Shown here: one piece after another, positions 20,479 through 32,042 of the stretch
How the letters are laid out: each line of letters opens with the position of its first letter
Position numbering within the stretch: position 1 is the first letter of the stretch
NCBI GenBank assembly: GCA_963817895.1
Contig: CAWFQB010000001.1
Location: forward strand, 1-64,000
Length of the DNA stretch: 64,000 bases
DNA from: an uncultured Chthonomonadaceae bacterium
GTDB lineage: Bacteria; Armatimonadota; Chthonomonadetes; Chthonomonadales; Chthonomonadaceae
Direction: 5' to 3'
The notes under the pieces: generated by a model
Database searches by the model: none
Seen by the model: the letters and a program-made list of their open reading frames with translations, nothing else
What the model was told of the DNA's origin: nothing
Program-made: the position numbers and the translations under genes

Positions 20479-21513
20479 TCAATCCATTTCAAAGACCACC
20501 TTGCCGCACAGCCCATCGCGCATCAGGGCCATGCCATGATCGAAATCCTCGAACGGTAGCTTGTGCGTGATGGCTGGCTCAATGTTCAGGCGACCGGACG
20601 CGAGCAGGGCGCGCATTGTGTCCCACGTTTCGTACAGTTTGCGTCCCACGATGCACTGCACCAGCAGGCCCTTGAAAATCATGTCTTCGGCCATGTCGAG
20701 TTCGACCGGCTGCGCGGGGATACCGAGCAGGGACACGCGCCCACCCCGCCGCGCAATCCGCATCGCCTGTCGTATCGCGCTTGGCGCTCCCGACATTTCC
20801 AGCACCACATCCACGCCCTCGCCGTTCGTGCGCTCGGCGATCACCTTTTCCAGATCGTTGCGCGTCACGTCAACGGTTAAATCCGCGCCCAACTGTTTCG
20901 CCAGATCGAGCCGGTATTCCCGCGTGTCGGTTGCGATCACATCGGACGCGCCCGCCGTTTGCGCCACCGCAACCGCGAAAATCCCAATCGGGCCGCAGCC
21001 CAGAATGGCGACCGAACGGCCAATCACTTCGCCGGCCAGCGTGGTATGAACGGCGTTGCCGAGCGGGTCCTGAATACACGCGAGATAGGGCGGCACGCTG
21101 CGGTCATTTTTCCACGCGCTGCCCTGCGGCACCACCACATACGGCGCGAAACAGCCGTCCACGTCCACCCCCAAAATTTGGGTGTTGGCGCAAACGTGCC
21201 GCTCGTTCATCAGGCACTGCTTGCAATGCCCGCACACCCAGTGGCTTTCGCCGCTCACGTAATCGCCCACTTTAAGATGCGTCACGTCTGCGCCGACTTC
21301 CACGATCTCCCCGGCAAACTCGTGTCCGATGATGCGCGGCGGCTTCACGCGCCCTGCTGCCCACCTGTCCCAACTGTAAATATGGTAATCCGTGCCGCAA
21401 ATGGATGTTGCCAGCACGCGCACCTTGATCTGATCCGATTTTGTAATTTTCGGTTCCGGCGCGTCAATAATCTGCGCTCCCGGTCCGGCCTGCACCTTTG
21501 CAATCGCTTTCAT
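20479..21513 (-). CDS. tdh: L-threonine 3-dehydrogenase
   Basis: ICGTDYHIYSWD, GHEFAG, VSGESHWVCGHC, DPLGNAVHT, VDVVLEMSG. Confidence 0.88.
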   Translation of the reverse strand: MKAIAKVQAGPGAQIIDAPEPKITKSDQIKVRVLATSICGTDYHIYSWDRWAAGRVKPPRIIGHEFAGEIVEVGADVTHLKVGDYVSGESHWVCGHCKQCLMNERHVCANTQILGVDVDGCFAPYVVVPQGSAWKNDRSVPPYLACIQDPLGNAVHTTLAGEVIGRSVAILGCGPIGIFAVAVAQTAGASDVIATDTREYRLDLAKQLGADLTVDVTRNDLEKVIAERTNGEGVDVVLEMSGAPSAIRQAMRIARRGGRVSLLGIPAQPVELDMAEDMIFKGLLVQCIVGRKLYETWDTMRALLASGRLNIEPAITHKLPFEDFDHGMALMRDGLCGKVVFEMD

Positions 21514-21552
21514 GCGTCGCTTGTTTCCCTTCCCCTACGTAATTGCCCTTAA

Positions 21553-22057
21553 TTATACTCTGAAACCGTGTTCCACAAAGCGTTCCAGCAAATCCGCGCA
21601 GTGGGATAGGTGTTCTTTCCACAGTTCGCGGTCGGAACCGGGCGGAAGCTGCGTCAGGGCGTGTTCCAGCCGCTGCAAACAGGCGCGTTCTTCCGAAATC
21701 GAGGGACGAACCCGGCGATAACGCTTCCTGCTTGCTTGCTTTTGAGTCTGTCTCCGGTTCTAACGGCGCAGAGAGGGCGGAAGTTTCCTGATGCGCCGCG
21801 CCGCGCAACGGAAACACCTCTTCCGGCACGAAACCGGCCAGCAGCATCAGGCGCGTGGCGTCCTCCTCCAATCCCTGCGCGAACCGGCGCAGGCTGTCGC
21901 TCGTGCGGGCGTTGCCTTTGGCAAGTTCGCTGATGGTGGCGGTGGAAAGCCCGGTCAGCCGCTCCGCCTGCCGATACGACAGTCGCTTGCCGTCCACGCC
22001 CCGGCGTTCCAGTATATCGTTGATGGCCTTTTCCAGGCCGGGACGGGCAAGCGCCAT
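21553..22057 (-). CDS. XRE-type HTH regulator; probable frame switch at about 21700
   Basis: LSYRQAERLTGLSTATISELAKG HTH; an alternative frame gives SEERACLQRLEHALTQLPPG...HGFRV* ending at 21553. Confidence 0.7.
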
Positions 22058-22352
22058 GCGTTAAATTGTCTCCCTGCTGTCACCTTGCGCGCAATGGCGC
22101 GTATGCTGTTAAATTGACAGGCAAAATTATCGCGCAAAGCAGGAATTGTTCGCTGCTTTGCCGTATTCATGCGGCAAGCGTTCGTGTTCGCTGCGGCAAA
22201 ATTCAGCGTAAAGCGCGTCCGCGTAAATTTAAGAAACATGCCCCGCGCCTGATACGTAATTCATAGTAGAGCATGAAATTAAAAAGTTTGGTTCAGGAAG
22301 ACCAAACCCGTGTTTGTGAAGTGTTTGCTTCATATGAGAAAGAGGAACCGGG

Positions 22353-23822
22353 ATGAAATCGAATAACGTGAATTTAAAACAAACGGGATCGTACCCTCGG
22401 ATAAAGTCTACCCTATCTCCCGCCATACTGAGTGTTCTGCTGGCTGCCGCGTTGCCCCTGATGGCAGGCGCGCAGGCGCGCGACGCCCGCGGCAGTTACT
22501 CGCCGCCCGCGCCTGTACATACGGCTCCGCCCTCCGGCCCATCCGTGTCTTCACCTTCGTTCGGCGGTGGACACTATTATGGGGGAGGCGGAACGTTTTC
22601 GGGAAGCGGCCCGTCGTTCAGCGGCGGTTCCTCGTATGGAAGCGGAATGCGAACCGCGCCGACAGTTACGCCGCGACCCACGTTTACCACGTCACCGGAA
22701 CAGGGAGGCATTCTGAACGGCGGCGCGAATTATAGCCCGAACAGCCGCACAGGGATCGGTTCGCCCATGTACTTCCAGACCGGGCAGAATAACGGCACGA
22801 CCCGGACACAGACTCCCGGCGGGACGACGCGAACGCAGGGGCCGGCAGGCAGCGCGACGGGTACGCAAACTTCGGGTGGCGGCACAATTGTTACACAATA
22901 TCCGGGTGGAATTATCAATGGTGGCGCGCGTGGTGGGCAGACGACCTTTCAGATGCCTGCTGCACGGGTTACGCGCACCAATTCCGGCGCGATCAACGGC
23001 ATCATCGCCAACCCGGCTAGCAGCTACAACCGCTTTAACAACTCGGCGGAAGCGCGTCGGTATCGCTTCGGCGTCCCAAATCATGGCCGCTTCTATTATG
23101 GCAACTATGGCGGGTTCGGCTACTTCCCCGGCGATCTGGCGTACTATCCCTACTACTCGCCGTACTTTTCGTTCGGCTACACGGCCCTGTCGCCGTATGC
23201 CTTCTATTACGGCGCGTTCCCGCCCTTTATCACGCTGGGCAGCGTGTACGCTTCGCCGCCGCAGTATGTGTACGTTCCCTATCCCGTGTACCAGCAGGAT
23301 GGCGCGTATAACGGCTATCGGGGCGACGACGTGGACGGCTACTATCTGAACCGTAACAACGCGGACGACGGCAGCTATCGCGTTGGCGAGAACGCGCGCA
23401 GAACGGGTAAAGACCCTGTAAAGGAAGCCCCAAAGGATGCCGCGCTTGATACTGCCGTTGCCGACATTCGCGAAGCGTGGAAGACCGGCAAGATGGACCC
23501 GCTCGCCAAACATGTCCGCAAGGATGCGCGAATCGCCGTATACCTGCGCGGCAAGTACCAGTATTCGATGGATGCGGGCGACTATCTGGACATGACCCGC
23601 GACGCCCTGACCGCCACAAAAACCACGCGCTTCGAACTGGACAACGTGCAGCGCAAGCAAAACGGCATCTATACGGTTACAGGCCGCCACACCTACCGCG
23701 ACAAGGACGACAACGAGCATACCGTCTTCGTCAGCTACGTGCTGGAAAAGTCCGACGATGGCTACGTCATCACGCAGGTCGGTTCGGCCCCGGAAAAGGT
23801 GGAAGAGCAGCAAGGAAGTTGA
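22353..23822 (+). CDS. Secreted Gly/Pro/Tyr-rich protein with C-terminal NTF2-like-looking domain
   Basis: Signal peptide ending AGAQA; low-complexity middle with Tyr-rich stretch; compact alpha/beta C-terminus. Confidence 0.7.
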   Translation: MKSNNVNLKQTGSYPRIKSTLSPAILSVLLAAALPLMAGAQARDARGSYSPPAPVHTAPPSGPSVSSPSFGGGHYYGGGGTFSGSGPSFSGGSSYGSGMRTAPTVTPRPTFTTSPEQGGILNGGANYSPNSRTGIGSPMYFQTGQNNGTTRTQTPGGTTRTQGPAGSATGTQTSGGGTIVTQYPGGIINGGARGGQTTFQMPAARVTRTNSGAINGIIANPASSYNRFNNSAEARRYRFGVPNHGRFYYGNYGGFGYFPGDLAYYPYYSPYFSFGYTALSPYAFYYGAFPPFITLGSVYASPPQYVYVPYPVYQQDGAYNGYRGDDVDGYYLNRNNADDGSYRVGENARRTGKDPVKEAPKDAALDTAVADIREAWKTGKMDPLAKHVRKDARIAVYLRGKYQYSMDAGDYLDMTRDALTATKTTRFELDNVQRKQNGIYTVTGRHTYRDKDDNEHTVFVSYVLEKSDDGYVITQVGSAPEKVEEQQGS

Positions 23823-23844
23823 TGAGATTGATAGTTGATAGTAG

Positions 23845-23882
23845 AGGGAAGGCGCAGATACATTGCGCCTTCCCTTATTTTG
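23845..23882 (+). terminator. Intrinsic terminator
   Basis: AGGGAAGGCGCA-loop-TGCGCCTTCCCT followed by TATTTT. Confidence 0.75.
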
Positions 23883-23980
23883 TACTTTTTGCGATTAGAA
23901 ATGTAACGCCTTCACTCCTCACCTCGTCTCTGTAATATTCACACTGTCGGTTCGGAAAACAGGGACACAGGAGAAACATC

Positions 23981-26762
23981 ATGGGGGGGCGTCAGGGATT
24001 GAGGATGCAAGCATGTTGTTTGGGTTGGAGTATGGCGTTGTTGTTCGGCGTGTCCGGCGTGGAAGCGCAGCAAGCGCCCGATGCGGTTGGGCAGGCGCAG
24101 TCTCCTAAGCCCGACGACGCTTGCCAATGCCCTGCGCGAACTGGGAACAACGGGGGAAACCGCGCTGGCCGTGGATGTGGAGAACACTCCGCTGGCTCTA
24201 GGCGCGGCGTTGCCACCGCCGGGTTCGCGCGTCACGCAGATTGCGCCCGCTTACGGACATGCCACGCGCCGCTATGGGGGTGTCACGGCGGTTGCGCCCG
24301 CAACCATGACCCTGCTCAACGACCATCTGGGCCTGCCCAATATCTACCTCAACATCCCCGCCCGCGAAGCCTTTACCCTGCTTGCCGCCAATATGAACGA
24401 CGCGCAGCTTCAAATGCTGACGAGTGAACGCGGTCTGGGCCTGTCGGATATGAACAGCGAATTGCAGCGCGGCCTGTTTCTCGCTCTACTTCCCGGCGGC
24501 AGTCTGCCTTATAACCTGCGCCCCACGCCCGGACAACTCGGCGGCGGGGGCGGCGAGGGAACGGTGCAAAACCCCCTGCAAAACGGACGCCTGCGCGTGG
24601 GCATGAAGCCAAGTTTTACGGTTCATACGCCGGGAAAAGACATCATGGGTATGACGCAAAGTATGCGCGACCCTAAAGGCCCGCCGATTTATGATGTCGC
24701 CAATCAGGACCATCTGTTCGAGCAGGATGCGGTAGACGGCGCGACCGTTCGCTCCGTTGTCGCCAACACGCTCAAGAAAAGCCAGCTCAATTACAGCCTG
24801 CCTGTCCTGCGGACTCTGGTTTCTGCGCAGGGCGTGAAAACCGTTGGGGAGTTAATCGCCCGCGTCAGCGAGAAAACGGGGCTTGAACTGTACGCTGACC
24901 GGCATTATGAGGCGAAACCCCTGCTTTTGACAGGCGCTCGTCAGCCTGCGCCCGCCGGAGATTGGCTCCGCGCACTTGCCGTATGCGTGACCGGAACGTA
25001 TCGGCGCGTTGGACCTGCGTATGTGCTGACGGATGATATTGCGGGCGTGGCTGCGCGTCGCGCGCAAATTGCCGATTTCCAGAGCGATGCCGCCGCGCAA
25101 CGCGCAAAACCTCTTGCGGATGCGGAAGACAAATTGCAGCAAAGCAGAGCTTTGTGGAAACGTCCTCTCAGCAGTTTTGGCGACCGTATGGCTCCCACGC
25201 CCGAACAGATGGCGCGCAAAGAGCTAAGACAATTAGGCGGCGGGGCATTTCGGACAATAGAACTGAACTTCGACCAGCTTACGCCCGGTCAGCAGGACGC
25301 TTTGAAACGTTACTCCGAGGCGGCGATGCAGGCCAGCCCCGACGGTTCCTACAAAGGGATTGATTTCGAGCGGCCTGTGGAAATGTATGCCGTTCCCTCC
25401 GTGCAGTTGTTGGTTCCGGGCGTAGATGGGCCGATTGATACGGACATCGGGCAGTGGGTATCCGACAACTTTCACGATATGACGGGCTGGCGTTCGCGCG
25501 ACTCGCGCCTGCCCGCTCCCAAATCCAACGGGACCAATACACCCGAAGAATCTCTGCCGCCAATGGCCGGTTTGATAGCTGCCATTCCGCATCGCGCGCT
25601 GCTTGCCGACTGTCGAACGACTGCCGACGTGGACAACACCGTTGCCAAAATGAAGCGCATGGGCCTGAATGAACTGTGGCTCGTCGTGTTTACCAACGGC
25701 GTGGCGCGGATTGGGGGTACGCCCTTCCCAACCCTTGCGCCGGACGCGCCCGACCTGCTCACTCATGCGCTGAAAATCACGCAGGGAACCGGTATCGCGC
25801 TGTACCCCGTGATAGACATTTTTCAATGGGGCGCGACCATGCCGCAAAATCAGGTTGACCTGACGATTACCGGGGAAAATTCCAGTCAATACGCGCAGCG
25901 CGAACACAAGCGCAATACGCTGCTCGCCGCCGCTAACGGCAATAACCCGCCGGGGGAGCCGTCCACGCGCCTGACGGCAAGCGTATTCGCGCCCGAAGTC
26001 ACCTCGCGCTTGAACGGGCTGGTATCCACGCTTGCGCGACGTTCGGGCGTAACAGGGATCGTGTGGCGCGAAACCGACCCGCAAGGATACGCCGAACTTG
26101 ATTCCCTTAATATTAGCCGCCCATCAGGAACCGGGCAATTGGGCTATACGGAACCCGCTCGCCTCGCGTTTCTGCGCGGTCATCATGCCGACCCCATAGA
26201 CATGCCGCAGCCGGAGAGTGGACGCGGGTTAGAGCAACGCGCCAACACCCGCCTGCCCCTGTTCGATAGTTGGGAACTGGAAAAGAGACTGAGCCAGGAG
26301 TGGAACCGTTTTCGCGCGCAGGCCAATCGGCAGGCGTTAGTTGCGCTGTACGCGGCGGCAAAACCGCTGGCCGACAAGGCGCAGGCGCAAAATAATGGCG
26401 CGCAAACACAGGCCATTCGGCAGGAAGCAGGCGCGCAAAAATCCGGCGAAATGCCGCCGATGGTATTCGCGCGGGAGCGGCGCGCGACGTATGGAACCAC
26501 CTGGTACGGACTATGGAACGGACTGGAAACCACTCTGCCCACGCACCATTATGATAACGAAGAGGAAGCGGCGAACGGCGATTTCAAAAACGCCCCGGAA
26601 GAGTTCCAGCAGGCGCGGATACAGAGTAAACTCAATCTGGTACGCCTGCCATTCTGGGGTGGATTGGACGAGAACGCCCTCGTAAAACAGTGGCAGAAGG
26701 CGTTCAAGGATGTGGCGCTTAACAAAAAGTGGGACGGCTTCGTACTGGAAATGATGAAATAG
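23981..26762 (+). CDS. Large secreted hypothetical protein with C-terminal TIM-barrel/GH-like region; frame switch at about 24110
   Basis: Signal peptide in ORF 23981; 893-aa ORF with MKRMGLNELWLVVFTNG...LYPVIDIFQW. Confidence 0.65.
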
Positions 26763-27028
26763 CGTCTGCTCAATTTTAGAATCAATGTCACAGGAACCTT
26801 TGAGTGTCGTAATCTGTCTGTACAGATAGCCCGAAACACGCTGCTATGCTCCACCGGCAAGCGTGTTTCGCTTTGTCATGGGAACGTTATGACCGCCTGC
26901 ATAGCGAACACAATAATGATGCCCTGTTTTTCACCTGTTTCCGCCCTGCGCGTATTGTCTCATAAAGCGCGGCTGGAGCATCGCGCCCTGAGCGCCGTAT
27001 AGCGCGGAAGCCATACAGGAGCTTACGT

Positions 27029-28544
27029 ATGTCTGAACAAGACCCGAATCTATCGTCCCGCCTGGAAGCGGTTCTACTCGATAAACTGGCGCGTCAAGAT
27101 GAGCGCATCGGCATGTTGGAAGCGTTGCTTGAAGATAAGCGCGATAAAACAGAGAGTCAGAAGAATATAAGCCGGGAACATACAACCCGTGAAGAAGCCT
27201 TCCTGGAAAACGCGCGCCCACAAATGGAACCAGGAAAACCCTCTACGCGAGCCATGAGTTTTGAAGCGCCTGCCAGGTCGGTACGCGCTATGAGCTTTGA
27301 AACGCCTGTGCAGCCAATCCGCGCGATGAGTTTCAAAACTCCTGATCCGGCACAGCCTGTCATCAAGACTGCGCCGCCCCTTACGGCAGAGCGCGAACCT
27401 ATTCGTCTGCCGGAATTCAACGCGCCGAACGTGGATGCTATGGCAGGATTGGTGCAGGAGAAGGCGACCGCGCGTATGCGCCCTGTTGCCGCGCCGGATG
27501 TGTCGCTACAAGCAACTGCCGCGCAAACCCCTCCTGCGGCAGAACCCGATTACGAGCGGACGGCGCGGATGAATGCGGCCTCACTTCGGCAGCGTCATTC
27601 AGCCCGGAAAGAGCCGGTTAATTTTGGGTTCAGGAGAGCGGGTAGCCTGGCGCTGCTGAGTCTCGCGGTGGCCGCTATGGGAGTCGGTTTGTGGCAACAC
27701 CGCCAGTCGGCTCTTATTTCGACCTCCACTGCCGATACTCGCCCCATGCCTCTGCTGACGCCGCCCGCTTCCCTGCCTGCGCCACATCTATCCGTTGCTT
27801 CGCCAGCGGCGCGTTCTGTGAAGCCGTCTCGGTCTTCAAGGCTATTCACCGGGAAGCCGCCCATTTTGGAACCGGAGAGTGAAGCGCCCTCGCGTCCGAT
27901 GCGCGCGCGCCGGGTTGTTGCCCGTTCAGCGGCAGCGTTGTCAGGAGCGCGTTCTCATTTTAATTCCACTGCGCCACAGATAGCGTCACACTCGATTGCA
28001 AGTAATGGAGATCAGCCCTGCGCGGCGAATCGAACACAAGCAGGCCGCTATCGCTGCCACGCGCAGTTTCAAAGCAACGCATACAGCGCAGCCTCACTCC
28101 CGGCAAGTGGGGGGAACGCAGGATAATGCGCGCTCTGTTGAAAGCGCGCGAATGTCTGAGATAGCCCGCGCCGAACGTTCATCCGTATCGCGCGCAAATT
28201 CGGAACTCTCCTCGAGCCTGGAGACGACACCGGACAATACGCGACCATTCTCTTCGTCGGAACCGCATGAATATCGGGGTGGGGAGAGCAACAGACGACG
28301 ATACGCTTCTGATGAGCGCGAACGGGTGGATGCCGCTCGGAGGGCTGTTGGCCTAAGCCCGCGCCGCCGACGCGCAAACCCGGCAGAATCTTCCGAAGAA
28401 ACGCCGTCGACGGGTGATGAATCGCCGCGCCGTCAACTACAGGGCAACAGTCGCCGCGCCATGAGGACACTGGACGAAATGCGGGATTTGCTGGATTCGA
28501 TTGAACGCAGAAAACGCCGTCAGGCGGACGCCGACTCACAGTAA
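27029..28544 (+). CDS. Hypothetical protein, one TM segment, disordered; frame switch at about 28000
   Basis: AGGAG RBS; RAMSF triple repeat; TM LALLSLAVAAMGVGLW; continues in ORF 27996..28544. Confidence 0.6.
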
Positions 28545-28575
28545 AAATAGCCGCTCAAATCGAAGTTGCCGAATA

Positions 28576-28614
28576 GCAACCGCCCCACGCGAATTATTTG
28601 CGTGGGGCGGTTGC
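28576..28614. terminator. Hairpin/terminator between convergent genes
   Basis: GCAACCGCCCCACGC...GCGTGGGGCGGTTGC. Confidence 0.75.
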
Positions 28615-28634
28615 ATGTCTGCTTTGAGACTGGT

Positions 28635-29015
28635 TTAATTGTCTCTGTCGCCCCTGTCTTTGAGCAGGAAACTGAGCAGGCCGCTGATAGCGCCCATTGC
28701 AATGGAGCCGATAAGAGCGGGAAGAAAACCTTCCACCCTGAAACCGGGGACAAAGTTGCCGACCAGGTAGAACAATCCGGCGTTGACCAGCAGCCCGAAC
28801 AGGCCGAACGTCAGGCAGTTGATGGGCTTGCCGAAAAACATTACGACAGGGCGAATCAGCGCGTTCACCAGTCCGATAGCGATGCCGGCCATTGCCAGCG
28901 TTGCCCATGCGCCTGCGTCATGGCTCTTCAGGTTGACGCCGATATGCGGTATCTGCGTGATGATGAGCAGCGCCAGCGCGTTCGCGATCCAGCGCGTTAT
29001 CAAATTTCGTATCAT
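28635..29015 (-). CDS. Phage-holin-family (YvlD/DUF360) membrane protein
   Basis: GLVNALIRPV...PINCLTFGLFGLLVNA...VPGFRVEGF. Confidence 0.88.
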   Translation of the reverse strand: MIRNLITRWIANALALLIITQIPHIGVNLKSHDAGAWATLAMAGIAIGLVNALIRPVVMFFGKPINCLTFGLFGLLVNAGLFYLVGNFVPGFRVEGFLPALIGSIAMGAISGLLSFLLKDRGDRDN

Positions 29016-29327
29016 ATAAAAAAGTTCCTTATCGTTGTGGTAACGGTTGGTTTGAACAACAGCCGGGGTCCGGTTCTGTGTGAGAGACGATGAGCGCAGG
29101 CGTAAAGTTTCACGCGCCGCCGCGTGTGGTGAAACGCTCCATTATTCCAACCCATTCTTTTGATAACTTCTCTGCAAAGATAGTCTTCGAGCAAACTATT
29201 GCCGCCTGTCAGAGCGTCTTATCAGGCGGAAGCCTTGATTATTCTCCTTTAGCAACATACCGGATACAGCAAACATCAAGTTTGTAAAAAATATTCGCGT
29301 GAATTACGGGTTTTCGGGTTTTTCCGC

Positions 29328-29356
29328 TTGCAATGTTCGTGAAATCAGCCTATAAT
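29328..29356 (+). promoter_or_regulatory. sigma70-type promoter
   Basis: TTGCAA-N17-TATAAT upstream of the DUF1549 gene. Confidence 0.65.
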
Positions 29357-29416
29357 GATTCATCCCATTATTTTGCTTTGCCTGTTTTCTTGCTTTCTGC
29401 TCAGGAGGCCGTGTTT

Positions 29417-32032
29417 ATGACGGTTACGAAATCCTCTTCCCTTACTTCCGGGCGCGCGCGCGCGATGGCGTTTCTCGCTGCTCCCTGTTTCTCGCTTGCC
29501 GCGCTTGCTCTTGCGGGAACCGGCAGCCATGCCGCCCCCGTCGCGCATAAAGCCACTCCCGCTCCCGCTTCTTCCGCCGCTATTGCTCCGATTAAGAACG
29601 TGGTTCTCGAACCCGCGCAGGCGACGCTGGACGGCTCCTATGCCTTTCAAACCCTTGCGGCAGTGGGGCAGGCGACGGACGGCAGCCAGCGCGACCTGAC
29701 CGAAGGCGCGACCTTCAGCTCGTCCAATCCCGGCGTTGTCCGCATAGATAAAGACGGCGTGGCATATCCGGTCAGTGATGGGAGCGCGGAAATCACGGTC
29801 AATGCGGGCGGACATGCGGCCAAAGCCAAACTGACCGTCAAGAACAGCAAGACCGACGCGAATTTGGGCTTTGAAACCGCGATTACGCCGATTCTGGTGA
29901 AAAACGGCTGCACGGGCAGCGCGTGTCACGGCGCGCCGCAGGGACAGGGCGGCATGAAATTCAGTTTCTTCGGCTATGAGTCGCAGAAGGACTGGGATAC
30001 GATTGTCAAGGGCGCGAACGGCAAGCGGGTTGACCTCAAGAACCCGATGCAAAGTCTGTTTTTTCGCAAGCCCACCAATCTGGCAGGACACGGTGGCGGC
30101 AAGCGGTTCGACCCGAATGGCCCGGAAGCGCGCGTATTCGCGGCCTGGCTGAAAGCGGGCGCGCCCTTCAAGCCGAAAGCCGTGCAGCAGGCCGAGGCCG
30201 CGCAGAAATCCGGCGTGAAACTGGCCGGATTGGACGGGGATGCCGCGAAGGCCGTTTTAATTCCCAAAATCACCAGTCTGGATGTGATCCCCTCAAATCG
30301 CTTGATTAAACAGGCCAATTCCAAACATCAAATCATCGTGCTTGCGAAATACAGCGATGGCAGCGAACGCGATGTGACGCCGTTTGCCCGCTTCGCCTGC
30401 GATGATGATGGTATCGCGCAGGTGAACAGCGTGGGCAAACTGACCGCGCTACGCCGGGGCGAGGCGAATTTGATGATCCGCTTTGCGGGCAAGGTCGGGC
30501 TGTCTTCGGTTGTCGTGCAGCCGCAGGCTCCGCTTGCCAATTATCCCAAACTGCCCACAAACAATTTTGTGGATGAGGCCGTGTTCGCCAAACTCAAAAC
30601 GCTGAACATGATCCCCTCCGATTTATGCGAGGACGCCACGTTTATACGCCGCGTGTACTTCGATATTATCGGCACGCCGCCCATGCCCGGAGCCGTGCGC
30701 GAATTTATTGAAGACAAGGCGACTGACAAACGCGCCAAACTGATTGACGAACTGCTGGAACGCCCCGAATACAAAGATTACCAGACGATTATCTGGTCCG
30801 ACCTTCTGCGCAATACAAGTACGTTGCTCAAAGACGATGGCGTTAAGGCGTACACGGCCTACATTCGCAACAGTTTTGCCGAAAACAAGCCCTTCGATCA
30901 GTTTGTGCGCGAACTGATGACGGGAAGCGGCAGCAACTACCACAACGAAACCGCCACCGCCAACTACTACAAAGTGACCAACGACCCCGCCGACCTGACG
31001 ACAAGCACCAGCCAGATGTTTCTGGGCGTTCGCCTTGAGTGCTGCCGCTGCCACAATCACCCGTTCGACAGGTGGAGTCAGGACGATTATTACGGCATGG
31101 CGGCCTTCTTCGCCAAAACGCACGTCAACGACGGCCAGCAAAAAGACGAAGCGATGGTGTACTGCGATGACAACGGCGAAGTGCGGCAACTGCGCACACA
31201 GCAAGTTATGCAGCCCAAGTTCATAACCGCTGAAGAGCCGATTGCCAATGCCAAGGGTGATCTGCGCGTGAAACTGGCCGAATGGATTACCGCCAAAGAC
31301 AACCCGTTCTTTGCCAAAGCCACTGTGAACCGCATCTGGAAACAGTTCTTCGGGCGTGGCATTGTCCATCCCGCCGATGATTTCCGCGCCACTAACCCGC
31401 CCATCAACGTGCCGCTGCTGGACAATCTGGCCGAGGATTTCGTCAAGCATGGCTACGACATGAAGCACTTGACGCGAATGATCTGCAATTCTCGCGTGTA
31501 CCAGTTGAGTTCCGCGCCCAACAGCACGAATGCGGAAGATGGCAAGAACTTCAGCCACTATCCGCTGAAACGGCTTGGCCCGGAACAACTGCTCGACTCT
31601 ATCTGCATCGCCACTGACATTTACGAGCCGTTCCCCGGCCTGCCCTACAAAACCCGCGCCATCAATCTGGCCGACAACCGCGTCCCGTCCGGCTTTCTGG
31701 ACGTGTTCGGGCGCAGCAGCCGTTTGCAAGTCTATGAGCGCAGCCAGGAAACGTCCATGTCGCAGGCGCTTGCCATGATGAACGGGCCGACGCTCAACAA
31801 CAAAATATCCGACCCCAATGGACGGATCGCCAAACTGATCGCGCGGCTTGGCGACCGCAGCGACAAAGCCATTCTGGACGAGATGTACCTGTCCTCTCTG
31901 GCCCGCTTCCCCACCGACAAGGAGCGCAAGGAAGCCGCCGCGTACATCGCCAAAGCCCCCACGCCCAAAGAGGGCTACGAAGATTTGATGTGGGTTATGC
32001 TGAATACCAAAGAATTTCTGTTTAATCACTGA
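29417..32032 (+). CDS. DUF1549/DUF1553 (planctomycete-type) protein with Ig-like Big_2 domains
   Basis: GGAGG RBS; GCTGSACHG; FIRRVYFDIIG, KRAKLIDELL, LECCRCHNHPFDRW, NRIWKQFFGRGIV, NTKEFLFNH. Confidence 0.92.
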   Translation: MTVTKSSSLTSGRARAMAFLAAPCFSLAALALAGTGSHAAPVAHKATPAPASSAAIAPIKNVVLEPAQATLDGSYAFQTLAAVGQATDGSQRDLTEGATFSSSNPGVVRIDKDGVAYPVSDGSAEITVNAGGHAAKAKLTVKNSKTDANLGFETAITPILVKNGCTGSACHGAPQGQGGMKFSFFGYESQKDWDTIVKGANGKRVDLKNPMQSLFFRKPTNLAGHGGGKRFDPNGPEARVFAAWLKAGAPFKPKAVQQAEAAQKSGVKLAGLDGDAAKAVLIPKITSLDVIPSNRLIKQANSKHQIIVLAKYSDGSERDVTPFARFACDDDGIAQVNSVGKLTALRRGEANLMIRFAGKVGLSSVVVQPQAPLANYPKLPTNNFVDEAVFAKLKTLNMIPSDLCEDATFIRRVYFDIIGTPPMPGAVREFIEDKATDKRAKLIDELLERPEYKDYQTIIWSDLLRNTSTLLKDDGVKAYTAYIRNSFAENKPFDQFVRELMTGSGSNYHNETATANYYKVTNDPADLTTSTSQMFLGVRLECCRCHNHPFDRWSQDDYYGMAAFFAKTHVNDGQQKDEAMVYCDDNGEVRQLRTQQVMQPKFITAEEPIANAKGDLRVKLAEWITAKDNPFFAKATVNRIWKQFFGRGIVHPADDFRATNPPINVPLLDNLAEDFVKHGYDMKHLTRMICNSRVYQLSSAPNSTNAEDGKNFSHYPLKRLGPEQLLDSICIATDIYEPFPGLPYKTRAINLADNRVPSGFLDVFGRSSRLQVYERSQETSMSQALAMMNGPTLNNKISDPNGRIAKLIARLGDRSDKAILDEMYLSSLARFPTDKERKEAAAYIAKAPTPKEGYEDLMWVMLNTKEFLFNH

Positions 32033-32042
32033 AAGGGTTCCC

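Noticed and set aside
28635..29015. Prophage suggested by the holin-family gene (and the SLT gene)
   Set aside because: YvlD-type proteins are common chromosomal genes; no integrase or structural phage genes are present.
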